From: Campylobacterales bacterium
Lineage (GTDB): Bacteria; Campylobacterota; Campylobacteria; Campylobacterales; Nautiliaceae
Assembly: GCA_027019465.1 (NCBI GenBank)
Contig: JALUWM010000069.1
Coordinates: 1-57,471, forward strand
Direction of reading: 5' to 3'
Length of the DNA stretch: 57,471 bases
The notes beneath the pieces were generated by a model. That model searched no databases and was not told the origin of the DNA. It saw only the letters and a program-made list of their open reading frames with translations. Below are positions 19,409 to 29,044 of the stretch, in pieces. The position numbers and the translations under genes were made by a program. Every line of letters begins with the position of its first letter. The first letter of the stretch is position 1.

Positions 19409-19976
19409 ATTCTCCCCATAAAATTTCATTTATTTTTCTTTTAATCTCAGATATTCCTCTTCTTTTTACATTAGAAACAAAAAGAGCATTAGGAAATTCT
19501 TTTTTAAGTTTTGCTATTTCACTTTGTTTTAATTTATCTATTTTTGTAAAAACTGTCAAGATCTGTTGGTCTTTTTTTAAAAATGAATGTAAATAATTAT
19601 CCACATTTTCATCTATTTCCATATTTGGATGTCTTGCATCTCTTAAATGAATAAAAAGTTTTATATTAAATCTTTTTTTTAAAAACTCATCCAAATTCTT
19701 ACCCCACTCTTTTTGCATAGATTTTGAAACTTTTGCATATCCAAATCCGGGCAAATCTACTAACATATATTTTTTACCTTCATCTTCCACTTCAAAAAAA
19801 TTAATAAGCCTTGTTTTACCAGGCGTCCCTGATGTTTTTGCTATTTTTTGATTCGTAAAAGCATTTAGAAAACTACTTTTCCCCACATTACTTCTACCAA
19901 GCAGCGCTACTTCAGTAAAATTAGGCTCTATAGCATCTTTTATACTAGGGGCTGATTTTAAAAATTTTACTTTCAT
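19395..19976 (-). CDS. engB: Ribosome biogenesis GTPase EngB/YihA
   Basis: G1 motif GRSNVGKSS and G3 motif DLPGFG. Confidence 0.93.
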   Translation of the reverse strand: MKVKFLKSAPSIKDAIEPNFTEVALLGRSNVGKSSFLNAFTNQKIAKTSGTPGKTRLINFFEVEDEGKKYMLVDLPGFGYAKVSKSMQKEWGKNLDEFLKKRFNIKLFIHLRDARHPNMEIDENVDNYLHSFLKKDQQILTVFTKIDKLKQSEIAKLKKEFPNALFVSNVKRRGISEIKRKINEILWGEYENN

Positions 19977-20425
19977 TGATTTACCTTTATGATAATATTC
20001 ACAGGTTTTTTACTGCCTATTACGCTTATATCTTTTGTTTTTCTATTTATTTTTATCTCTTCTCCTGATGCCAATTCCCCTGTTTGAAGCTTTTTAACTA
20101 AAGCATTCCCAAAAAGATAAATATTATAATTTTTAAAATTATAAATAAGCTTTTCACAATGCCCTTTATATGTGGCATTTTTATCCAAATTTAAAATAAA
20201 TTTTACATTACCTGTTGCTATATATTTTATTGGCTTTTTATTTTTATTAAAAAAAATAACCATTTTCCTGCTTAAAATATTATTTTTATTCTCCGTTGCA
20301 TTTACATCTCCTATAAAAACACCCTGCATTATTTTGGAATTAAATTTAAACTTCTTACTTGTTATGTGTAAATTTTGTCCTAAAAGAAATGATAAAAAAA
20401 ATAAAAAAATTAAAATCTTTTTCAT
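19973..20425 (-). CDS. lptA: LPS transport periplasmic protein LptA (OstA-like)
   Basis: Signal peptide and a 150-aa beta-rich protein. It sits in the conserved kdsC-lptC-lptA order. Confidence 0.65.
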   Translation of the reverse strand: MKKILIFLFFLSFLLGQNLHITSKKFKFNSKIMQGVFIGDVNATENKNNILSRKMVIFFNKNKKPIKYIATGNVKFILNLDKNATYKGHCEKLIYNFKNYNIYLFGNALVKKLQTGELASGEEIKINRKTKDISVIGSKKPVNIIIKVNQ

Positions 20426-20922
20426 TTATTAACCTTTAAATTAAAAATAGTATTATCCGCTATTATATTTTTATTCTTATCTATCAAAAATCTAACTCCG
20501 GTTGTATTAAAATCTTTACCTCTTAAAAAAAATTTACCACCTTTAAATAGTTTTATTTTAAGAAAATAAATCGCTTTTAAAGTATCCAGACTATAATTAC
20601 TGTTTTGATAATAAAAAATATTCGCATATACAACTGAATTTTCAAATTTTGCTTTTTTTGAGCTGTAATGCTCTTTTTTTATTACATCATTTACATAAAG
20701 ATTATCGGCTAAATAATATGTTTTATATATATTTAAAGAATCAAAATGCCCTATTTTAGTTAAATTATTATCATATGTTCTAAATCTACCTTTATAAATG
20801 TTAGCTATGGCTATATTCTTTGACATTTTAATCTTTTTTACAGGTTTTTGCAAAAAATATTCATATATAGGAAAAAGCATTGCTGCTATTAAAAAAATAA
20901 AAAAAAGAGTTATTTTACCCAT
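20422..20922 (-). CDS. lptC: LPS export protein LptC-like
   Basis: N-terminal TM anchor, 166 aa, located between kdsC and lptA. Assigned mainly by context. Confidence 0.5.
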   Translation of the reverse strand: MGKITLFFIFLIAAMLFPIYEYFLQKPVKKIKMSKNIAIANIYKGRFRTYDNNLTKIGHFDSLNIYKTYYLADNLYVNDVIKKEHYSSKKAKFENSVVYANIFYYQNSNYSLDTLKAIYFLKIKLFKGGKFFLRGKDFNTTGVRFLIDKNKNIIADNTIFNLKVNK

Positions 20923-21407
20923 AATTCCAAAAATTTTTCATATAAATTTTCTTCTTTTAATAAAATTTCTATCATTTCAGCAACTGCTCCTTCTCCTCCT
21001 TTTTTAATCAAAGGATTTGATACATAGTCATAAATAAATGTATTTGCATCTGCTGGGGCAAATGTTTTATTTACTATTTTCATCATAGAAAAATCATTCA
21101 TATCATCGCCTATTACAGCTACATTTGAAAGGTTTATTCCTTCTTTCTTACAAATTGATTCAAGTTTTCGTTTTTTTTCTCTGATTCCTTGTTCTACATA
21201 TGTGATATTAAGCTCTTTTGCCCTTCTTTCAACCATAGGTGATATTCTACCTGTAATAATGGCACTTTTTTTACCAAGTCTATTCCATGAAGCTATCATA
21301 AGTCCATCTTTTATATTAAAAGCTTTAATCTCTTCATTATTGCTTGTATAATAAATTTTCCCATCTGTCAATGTTCCGTCAACATCTATTACAATAAGTT
21401 CTATCAT
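20910..21407 (-). CDS. kdsC: KDO 8-phosphate phosphatase
   Basis: HAD motifs DVDGTLTDG and GDDMND. Confidence 0.88.
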   Translation of the reverse strand: MIELIVIDVDGTLTDGKIYYTSNNEEIKAFNIKDGLMIASWNRLGKKSAIITGRISPMVERRAKELNITYVEQGIREKKRKLESICKKEGINLSNVAVIGDDMNDFSMMKIVNKTFAPADANTFIYDYVSNPLIKKGGEGAVAEMIEILLKEENLYEKFLELWVK

Positions 21408-21973
21408 AACACGCCTTTTGTAGAAGGTATACCGCTGTTTGAATATTTTAAAGCCCTCTTTAAAGCCACGGCAAAAGATTTAAAAGCACTTTCTACTATA
21501 TGATGTTTATTAATCCCTCTTTTATAAATTATATGAGCTGCTATTTTAAAATTAAATACAAGAGATTTAAAAAACTCTTCCACAAGCTCCAAATCAAAAT
21601 CTCTTATTGCACCATCTCTTGGCATTTCATATACCAAGTAAGGTCTGCCTCCAATATCCAAATCAACCTCAACTCCTGCTTCATCAAGAATTGCAACAAC
21701 ATTTGAAAATCGTTCTATATCTTTTATAGGAAAAACTTCTTCATACAAAGCAGTTCCAAGAGCAATTCCCACATCTTCAACACTATGATGATAATCCACT
21801 TCAATATCACCTTCACAATAAATTTGCATAGATATACCGCTGTGTTTCGCCAAGGCTTCTAACATATGGTCAAAAAATCCTATCCCTGTTGAAATTTGTG
21901 TTGGAATTTTTCCCTCAATATCCACACTTATTTCTATTTTTGTTTCTTTTGTCTCTCTTTTTATTGTTATCAT
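21404..21973 (-). CDS. hisB: Imidazoleglycerol-phosphate dehydratase
   Basis: IGPD pattern (RETKET, DHHSVED, HHIVES). Confidence 0.95.
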   Translation of the reverse strand: MITIKRETKETKIEISVDIEGKIPTQISTGIGFFDHMLEALAKHSGISMQIYCEGDIEVDYHHSVEDVGIALGTALYEEVFPIKDIERFSNVVAILDEAGVEVDLDIGGRPYLVYEMPRDGAIRDFDLELVEEFFKSLVFNFKIAAHIIYKRGINKHHIVESAFKSFAVALKRALKYSNSGIPSTKGVL

Positions 21974-22660
21974 TTAATCTCCTACTATAAATCCTGCTAT
22001 ATGATGTATAATTTCAAATCTTTTTGCTTCATTATATGTTTTAAACCCGGTAATAAAAACTTTATAAAATCCCTCTATTTTTGCTATTTCAGTATTATAA
22101 CCAAATTTTTTATATTTTTTAGCGGTTTTTTCAGCTCCCCATTTTCTTAAAAAAGCTCCTACTTGAATTTTATATCCAATTACATAATCTTTACCTTCAA
22201 ATTTTAAAACCTGAAGTTTAACAGGAGCTATTCCGGTTACATCTAGCCCTATTTTTTTACCAGCTGCATAACTTAAATCAATAATCCTGTTAGCTACAAA
22301 AGGACCTCTGTCGTTAATTCGGACAACTACACTTTTATTATTTCTTAAATTAGTTACTTTTACAATCGTATTCATAGGAAGTGTCTTATGCGCTGCCGTT
22401 AAAGCATACATATTATATATCTCGCCATCACTTGTTTTTTGCCCATTAAAATTAGGCCCATACCAACTGGCAATTCCTCTTTGAGTATATCCAATAGGAA
22501 CTCTTTGTAAAGGATAATAAATTTTTCCGTTTACTACATAAGGTTTTTGAGTTCCTTTTTTATTTGGAGACGGTAAAACATAACTAGAATATGTTTCATA
22601 CCTGCTGCTACATCCTGTAATATATAATATTATCCATAAAAAAATAAGAAATTTTCTCAT
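21974..22660 (-). CDS. rlpA: Septal ring lytic transglycosylase RlpA (DPBB + SPOR), lipoprotein
   Basis: Lipobox ITGCS, a DPBB region (ASWYGPNFNGQKTSDGE) and a C-terminal SPOR-like domain. Confidence 0.9.
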   Translation of the reverse strand: MRKFLIFLWIILYITGCSSRYETYSSYVLPSPNKKGTQKPYVVNGKIYYPLQRVPIGYTQRGIASWYGPNFNGQKTSDGEIYNMYALTAAHKTLPMNTIVKVTNLRNNKSVVVRINDRGPFVANRIIDLSYAAGKKIGLDVTGIAPVKLQVLKFEGKDYVIGYKIQVGAFLRKWGAEKTAKKYKKFGYNTEIAKIEGFYKVFITGFKTYNEAKRFEIIHHIAGFIVGD

Positions 22661-23992
22661 TTAAAATCTTTGAGGAATTTTAAGCAATTGCCCTACTCTT
22701 AAAAAAGAACCTTTTAAATTATTAAAAGCCATTATTTTTTTATAAGAAATACCAAATTTTTTTGCAACAGCCCATAAACTATCTCCACTTTTAATTCTAT
22801 AATTTATAATTTTTGAATTTAAAGGTATAAAAAGTTTTTGACCTATATGTAAAAATCTGCCAAGGCTGTTATAGGCTGTTAAAATTTTTAATTTAACATC
22901 AAATCTTTTTGCAATTTTTATTAAAGAATCCCCTTTTTTAACTTTGTAAATATAAACATATTTTCTATTTTGGGGATTAAATGCCATCTTAAAATATTCA
23001 TACTGATTAGCGGGAATGTAAATATAATATCTATAAGGAGGTGTAAAAGAGTATCTTAATTGAGTATTATATTCTCTTAATATGCGATACTTTATATTTA
23101 AAAGCCTTGATACATAATATAACGATGTCCCTGCAGGAACATAAACTCTTACAAATGTAGATTTTCCTTTCATTAATTGCTTGTTTGTAAAATTCATTAA
23201 ATCCATATTCGCAAATAAAAAACTAATACTCAAAATTTTCAAAATATAATTTCTTGTTTGCTGAGGTAAATACTGCCTTGTTAAACCTTTTTGATATCTC
23301 ATTAAATTGTTTAAATCAATCTTTACATTTTTTAATTTTTTATATAAATTATAAAGCTTATAATAATATCTTGCACCATAGAGTTGATATTCTCGTACGA
23401 TTTCTCTGTATTTTCTCATTTTTGAAGAATATTTTAATTTTGGATTTAATCTACAAAGTTTATCAAGTTTTGCCCGTACTACACCTTCTATTATTCTTGC
23501 AGGACCTGCATTATAAGCCATAATAGCCAGATACCATTTCCCAAGATAATTATGGAGATATTTAAAATACTCTATTGCAGCATGAGTGGATTTAATAGCA
23601 TCCATTCTTTCATCAACATAATCATTTATCCTAAGACCAAATCTTTTTGCAGTAGCTGGCATAAACTGCCAGAGTCCAACAGCACTTACATCGGATCTGG
23701 CTCTTGTATTTAGATAACTCTCAGCCATTGCAACAGAAAACATCTCTTTTGGTAAATAAGAAGATTTTATCTCACTTTTTAAAATTGGAATATATTCAAA
23801 TCCGTTTTCTAAAGCATTTACCAAATATCTTTTTTCATATCTTTTATAATACCGATATTTTTCTTTTAATAATGGATTGTTTATAAAATTACTTTCTATA
23901 TTAAGAGAATGTAATATTTGGATATCTTTATTTACAAAAATATTGGCAAATAAAAAATTAAATATTCCTATTAAAATTAAAATTTTTTTCAT
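22661..23992 (-). CDS. MltD-like lytic transglycosylase with two LysM domains
   Basis: SLT motifs (AESY, GLWQFMP, AYNAGP) and two C-terminal LysM repeats. Confidence 0.88.
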   Translation of the reverse strand: MKKILILIGIFNFLFANIFVNKDIQILHSLNIESNFINNPLLKEKYRYYKRYEKRYLVNALENGFEYIPILKSEIKSSYLPKEMFSVAMAESYLNTRARSDVSAVGLWQFMPATAKRFGLRINDYVDERMDAIKSTHAAIEYFKYLHNYLGKWYLAIMAYNAGPARIIEGVVRAKLDKLCRLNPKLKYSSKMRKYREIVREYQLYGARYYYKLYNLYKKLKNVKIDLNNLMRYQKGLTRQYLPQQTRNYILKILSISFLFANMDLMNFTNKQLMKGKSTFVRVYVPAGTSLYYVSRLLNIKYRILREYNTQLRYSFTPPYRYYIYIPANQYEYFKMAFNPQNRKYVYIYKVKKGDSLIKIAKRFDVKLKILTAYNSLGRFLHIGQKLFIPLNSKIINYRIKSGDSLWAVAKKFGISYKKIMAFNNLKGSFLRVGQLLKIPQRF

Positions 23993-24741
23993 ATCTCAAA
24001 AAGCCTTTTTGCATTCTCAGTTGTAATATTTTCAACTTCTTTTTTATCTACTTTCCAAAGCTCGGAAATTTTATCTCTGATAAGCGTCGTATAAAACGGC
24101 TCGTTTCTTTGTCCTCTAAAAGGATGAGGTGTAAGATATGGAGCATCTGTTTCAATTATAACTCTGCTTTTAGGAATTTCGGGAAAAACATTTATTAATT
24201 TTTTTGCATTTTTAAATGTAATTACCCCACCTATTCCGTAATAAAAATTTTCACTAAATTCAAGTAACTGAGAAGCTGCATTAAAACAGTGAAAGACTCC
24301 TCTTATATTATCAATATTTTTAATTATATCATAAGTATCTTTTGTAGCTTCCCTTACGTGAATAATTATAGGCTTATTATACTTTTTTGCTATATTTATT
24401 TGTCTTATAAAAAACTCTTGCTGTTTTTTTTGTTGCTTAGGTTCTTTTTCCCAATGATAATCAAGTCCGATTTCTCCTACTGCCACACATTTAGGATGAG
24501 TGATAAAATCAAATAAAAATTTATCTTCATATTTATCTATTTCTATAGGATGAACACCTACTGCAAAATAGATTTCATCATACTTCTGACTTAATTCAAC
24601 AGCTCTGGATAAATCTTTTGGATCTGCTGCTGGGATAATAAATTCTTTAACTCCAGCATCTTTTGCCCTTTTTATGACTTCATCAATATCATCAATAAAT
24701 TTTTCATTATCCAAATGTGTATGAGTATCAATAATCAACAT
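23989..24741 (-). CDS. tatD: TatD-family metal-dependent hydrolase/DNase
   Basis: IDTHTHLD motif, 250 aa. Confidence 0.9.
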   Translation of the reverse strand: MLIIDTHTHLDNEKFIDDIDEVIKRAKDAGVKEFIIPAADPKDLSRAVELSQKYDEIYFAVGVHPIEIDKYEDKFLFDFITHPKCVAVGEIGLDYHWEKEPKQQKKQQEFFIRQINIAKKYNKPIIIHVREATKDTYDIIKNIDNIRGVFHCFNAASQLLEFSENFYYGIGGVITFKNAKKLINVFPEIPKSRVIIETDAPYLTPHPFRGQRNEPFYTTLIRDKISELWKVDKKEVENITTENAKRLFEI

Positions 24742-24874
24742 TTAGCCTTTTTTTAAAAGAATTCTACCATATTTTAAAATTACTTTTTGTAACACTTTCA
24801 TTTAATAAGCTCTATTTATTGTAATTTTTTGTAACTTTTTAACTATAATAAACAAAAAACTATAAGGAGACGAA

Positions 24875-26188
24875 ATGTCAAAACCAACTTTTACAAAAGA
24901 AGAAGCTCTAGAATATCACGCAAAACCCGTCCCTGGGAAAATTGCTATTGAGGTTACAAAACCGGTTAGAGACTCAAGAGATTTATCAATTGCTTACTCT
25001 CCGGGTGTTGCAATCCCTTGTCTTGAAATAGATAAAGATGAAAATTTAGCATACGAATATACAAATAAAGCAAATCTTGTAGCAGTTGTAAGTGATTCTA
25101 CAGCAGTACTTGGACTTGGAACTTTAAAACCTGTTGCAGGAAAACCTGTAATGGAAGGAAAATCTGTATTATTTAAAAAGTTCGCTTTTATTGACGCTTT
25201 TGATATTGAACTTAATGTTCATGAAATTGACGAAATTGTTAATGTAGTAAAAGCAATTTCCCCAACATTTGGAGGAATTAACCTTGAAGATATCAAAGCT
25301 CCAAAATGTTTTGATATAGAAAAGCTTTCACAAGCACAATGTGACATTCCTATATTCCACGACGACCAACACGGAACAGCCATTCTTTCAGCAGCGGCAA
25401 TTATAAACGGATGCAAAATAGCAAGCAAAAAACTTGATGAAATTAAAGTTGTAGTAGTTGGAGCAGGAGCAGCTGGAATTGCAGCAGCAGAAATGTATAA
25501 AGCTCTTGGAATTAAAAATATAATAATGACAGATTCTAAAGGTGCAATTACAACAAAAAGAAATGATTTAAATAAATACAAACAACCTTGGGCTGTTGAT
25601 GAGAATATAGTAACACTAGCTGATGCATTAAAAGGAGCCGATGCAGTAATTGGTAATTCTGTAGCAAATTGTATCACTCAAGATATGGTTAAAACACTAG
25701 CACCTGATGCAATGCTTTTTGTTATGGCAAACCCTGATCCGGAAATCAAGCCTGAACTTGCTTGGGAAGTTAGACCAGACTTAATGATTGGAACAGGAAG
25801 AAGCGATTATCCAAATCAAATCAATAACGTTTTAGGATTCCCTTTTATCTTTAGAGGTGCATTAGACACTCATGCAAAAGCGGTAAATATGGAAATGAAA
25901 ATAGCAGCTTGTTATGCTTTAGCAGAACTTGCTGAAAAGAAAGTTCCTCAATATGTAAAAGAAGCTTATAATGGAGCTGATTTAAAATTTGGAAAAGAGT
26001 ATATCTTACCAAAACCGTTTGACAGAAGAGTATTTATTGATGAATCTGTAGCAGTTGCAAAAGCTGCTATTGAAAGCGGTGTTGCAAGAATTAAAGTTGA
26101 TAATGTTGATAAATGGGTTGAAGGATATAAACAACATTTAATTAAAATGCTAAAAGAAAAAGAAGGTATTGATTACGACGCTAAGTAA
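24875..26188 (+). CDS. NAD(P)-dependent malic enzyme (short form, no PTA domain)
   Basis: 437 aa with the malic-enzyme pattern ([23 protein letters not shown]). AAGGAG RBS. Confidence 0.92.
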   Translation: MSKPTFTKEEALEYHAKPVPGKIAIEVTKPVRDSRDLSIAYSPGVAIPCLEIDKDENLAYEYTNKANLVAVVSDSTAVLGLGTLKPVAGKPVMEGKSVLFKKFAFIDAFDIELNVHEIDEIVNVVKAISPTFGGINLEDIKAPKCFDIEKLSQAQCDIPIFHDDQHGTAILSAAAIINGCKIASKKLDEIKVVVVGAGAAGIAAAEMYKALGIKNIIMTDSKGAITTKRNDLNKYKQPWAVDENIVTLADALKGADAVIGNSVANCITQDMVKTLAPDAMLFVMANPDPEIKPELAWEVRPDLMIGTGRSDYPNQINNVLGFPFIFRGALDTHAKAVNMEMKIAACYALAELAEKKVPQYVKEAYNGADLKFGKEYILPKPFDRRVFIDESVAVAKAAIESGVARIKVDNVDKWVEGYKQHLIKMLKEKEGIDYDAK

Positions 26189-26218
26189 TCTTTTCTTTTT
26201 TTTCCCAAAAGGTAAAAA

Positions 26219-26734
26219 ATGGTAAAAATCGGTATTGTTACAATGAGTGACAGAGCAAGCGAAGGTATTTATGAAGATAAAAGCGGCAGGGAAATTGAAA
26301 AATTTCTAAAAGAAAACATAACAAATAGTTACGAAATAATTTATAGATTAATTCCTGATGATTATGAGAAAATTATAGACACTTTAAATGAACTTGTAAA
26401 TCTAAAATGCTCTTTAATTCTTACAACAGGAGGAACAGGACCTGCAAAAAGAGATGTAACTCCAGAGGCTACAAAAAAAGTAATCGAAAAAGAACTCCCG
26501 GGATTTGGAGAGCTTATGAGAATGCACTCTTTAAAATATGTCCCAACTTCAATACTAGCTAGAGGCACTGCAGGAGTAGTTAAAAATTCATTTATTTTAA
26601 ATCTGCCTGGAAGCCCAAAAGCTATAAAAGAAAATTTAGAAGCTGTATGGGCGGCAATTCCTTATGCTATTGATTTAATAAAAGGAGATTATATAAAAAG
26701 TCCTAGTGCTTTTAGACCGAAAAAAAAGGATTAA
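26219..26734 (+). CDS. mog: Molybdopterin adenylyltransferase MogA
   Basis: TTGGTGPAKRD motif, 171 aa. Confidence 0.88.
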   Translation: MVKIGIVTMSDRASEGIYEDKSGREIEKFLKENITNSYEIIYRLIPDDYEKIIDTLNELVNLKCSLILTTGGTGPAKRDVTPEATKKVIEKELPGFGELMRMHSLKYVPTSILARGTAGVVKNSFILNLPGSPKAIKENLEAVWAAIPYAIDLIKGDYIKSPSAFRPKKKD

Positions 26735-27066
26735 AGCAAAGCCTCAATTTTATTTTCAAGTTCTCTTATTCTTCTTTTTAACTGTTCGTTTTCAACTCTA
26801 AGTTGGGAATTCCTGCTTTTTATTGCTTTTAAATCAGCTTTAAGTTTACCAACTTCTTCATCCAATAATCCCATATTCCCAAGAGAGCGTTGAAGCTGGA
26901 TTTGATATTTTTTTATCAAAATTTCAGCTTCTCTTAATGCTTCTTTTAACTGGTTTCTTTCAGCTAGTGTTTTATCATGCAGATGCTTATAATAAAACAT
27001 CTTAAATGTTAGAATTAAAATAACAATAATTACAATTGTAAGAAAAACCCAATTAAAAATTATCAA
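26731..27066 (-). CDS. Hypothetical membrane-anchored coiled-coil protein
   Basis: One N-terminal TM helix followed by a heptad-rich coiled coil. TTG start (AAGGG RBS) overlapping the rpiB stop. Its 3' end overlaps the mog stop. Confidence 0.45.
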   Translation of the reverse strand: MIIFNWVFLTIVIIVILILTFKMFYYKHLHDKTLAERNQLKEALREAEILIKKYQIQLQRSLGNMGLLDEEVGKLKADLKAIKSRNSQLRVENEQLKRRIRELENKIEALL

Positions 27067-27484
27067 TCTTTTTTACCCTTCTTTCGTGTCTTCCACCTTC
27101 AAACTCGTGTGTAAGCCATGCTTCAAGAATAGATTCAATAACGCCTTTTCCAACTACTCTTTCACCAAAACATAAAATATTTGCATCATTATGTCTTCTT
27201 GCCATTTCGGCAGTATAGGCATCGTGACAAAGAGCAGCTCTTATACCTTTGTGTTTATTTGCTGCTAAACTCATCCCAATACCGCTTCCACAAATCAAAA
27301 TTCCTTTAGTTCCTTCATTCGCTAATACAGCTTCGGCAACTTTATGGGCATAGTCAGGATAATCTACACTCTCACTTGAGTATGTTCCTAAATCTTCTAC
27401 TTCAATTCCTTTTTTTTCTAAATATTCTATCACAAAAGGTTTTACCACAAACCCTGCATGGTCAGTTCCTATAAAATATTTCAT
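27053..27484 (-). CDS. rpiB: Ribose-5-phosphate isomerase B
   Basis: GTDHAGF and ICGSGIGMS motifs. Confidence 0.93.
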   Translation of the reverse strand: MKYFIGTDHAGFVVKPFVIEYLEKKGIEVEDLGTYSSESVDYPDYAHKVAEAVLANEGTKGILICGSGIGMSLAANKHKGIRAALCHDAYTAEMARRHNDANILCFGERVVGKGVIESILEAWLTHEFEGGRHERRVKKIDNF

Positions 27485-27559
27485 ATTTATCCTTTTTTAA
27501 GAAATTATAACAAAAATTATTTTTTAAATTAGCTATAATAACCCTAAAAAAGGCTAATT

Positions 27560-28339
27560 ATGAAACTTGGAGTAAATATAGACCATATAGCGACTCTTAG
27601 AAATGCAAGAAAAATAAACGAACCAAATCCATTAATGGCTCTTGAAATTTTAAAACAAGCAGGAGCTGAACAGGTTACTATTCATTTAAGAGAAGACAGA
27701 AGGCATATGAATGATTTTGATGCTGAGAATATTATAAAAAACAGCTTCTTACCGGTAAATATGGAGTGTTCTATAAATGAAGAGATAATTGATATTATCT
27801 GTGCCCTTAAACCACACCGTGCAACTCTTGTACCAGAAAAAAGAGAAGAAGTGACAACAGAAGGCGGACTTAATATTATAAAAAACGAAAAAAGAATTAA
27901 AAACACAATAGAAAAATTACATAAAAACGATATAGAAGTATCCCTTTTTATAGACCCGGATTTTGAACAGATTAAAAAATCAAAAGAACTTAACGCCGAA
28001 ATGATAGAGCTTCATACAGGTAAATTTGCAAATATATTCTTAGCACTAAATACAAACATAAATCAAACTCCATTTAAACTTTATGAAAACATAGATAGAA
28101 AAACACTCAAAAAAGAGATTGAAATTGAATTAAATCTATTAAAAGACTCCTCAAAACTGGCAAAAGATTTAGAGCTTGAAGTAGCCGCAGGACACGGGCT
28201 TAACTATCAAAATGTAGAAAAAATTTTAGAAATAAAAGAAATAACAGAGCTTAATATAGGTCATTCAATTATAGCAAATGCCATTTTTACAGGACTTTTT
28301 GAAGCAGTAAAAAAAATGAAAGAAATTATAAACGGATAG
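27560..28339 (+). CDS. pdxJ: Pyridoxine 5'-phosphate synthase
   Basis: LGVNIDHIATLRNAR signature. Confidence 0.95.
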   Translation: MKLGVNIDHIATLRNARKINEPNPLMALEILKQAGAEQVTIHLREDRRHMNDFDAENIIKNSFLPVNMECSINEEIIDIICALKPHRATLVPEKREEVTTEGGLNIIKNEKRIKNTIEKLHKNDIEVSLFIDPDFEQIKKSKELNAEMIELHTGKFANIFLALNTNINQTPFKLYENIDRKTLKKEIEIELNLLKDSSKLAKDLELEVAAGHGLNYQNVEKILEIKEITELNIGHSIIANAIFTGLFEAVKKMKEIING

Positions 28340-28417
28340 GATATTTCAAATAATATTGGTTTTAATAGCTTTTATATTATTTGATCCTCTCTTAAGCCGT
28401 AAAATCAGTGAATGGTT

Positions 28418-29044
28418 TTAAAAGTTAAATTTTTTAATCTCAAGCTCTTCGTTAAAATCAACAAAATATAAAATCTCTTTTTGTTTTCCTATCAGTTTTT
28501 TTATTCCAAGCATTGCTTCAATACTGGCTATAAGGCTAACCATTGGAGGAATTTGACCTTTTGTTTCTTGTTCTTTAAGGGCAAACATATCAAAACAACT
28601 TGTTTCAAACACTCCAACCTGTCCTACAAATTCATCCACACTTGCATAAATCCATGGAATTTTATGTTTTTTTGCAAATTTATCTATTTCTTTTCTTGTT
28701 TTAAAATTATCACTTGCATCAAACACCAAATCTACTTTTATATCTAATTTTTCATTAAATTTATCATTAATAAATTCTATTTCTGTTTCACATCTTTTAA
28801 TTTTTTTTGCTAAAACCTCAGCTTTTTTTTGACCTATATAATTTTGTTGAAATTGAAACTGTCTATGAATATTATGAATTTCTATTTCATCAAAATCAAT
28901 TAAAACTATTTTTTTAAGCCCGATACAGCTTAAAATCATTCCTAATGAATTTCCAAGCCCCCCGCAACCCACAATCAAAACCGATTTTTCTCTTAAAAGT
29001 TCTTGATTTTCTTTCCCTATTAACTGAATTTGTCTTCTAAACAT
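28418..29044 (-). CDS. ThiF/MoeB/HesA-family adenylyltransferase
   Basis: GCGGLGN nucleotide-binding motif. Start uncertain: ATG 29044 is preferred, and the TTG at 29065 is possible. Confidence 0.78.
   Translation of the reverse strand: MFRRQIQLIGKENQELLREKSVLIVGCGGLGNSLGMILSCIGLKKIVLIDFDEIEIHNIHRQFQFQQNYIGQKKAEVLAKKIKRCETEIEFINDKFNEKLDIKVDLVFDASDNFKTRKEIDKFAKKHKIPWIYASVDEFVGQVGVFETSCFDMFALKEQETKGQIPPMVSLIASIEAMLGIKKLIGKQKEILYFVDFNEELEIKKFNF

Noticed and set aside
28346-28384. 11-bp inverted repeat TCAAATAATAT/ATATTATTTGA between the convergent pdxJ and thiF-like genes, as a bidirectional terminator.
   Set aside because: The stem is almost pure A/T with a 17-nt loop and no flanking U-tracts. 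It is too weak to call and could arise by chance in AT-rich DNA.
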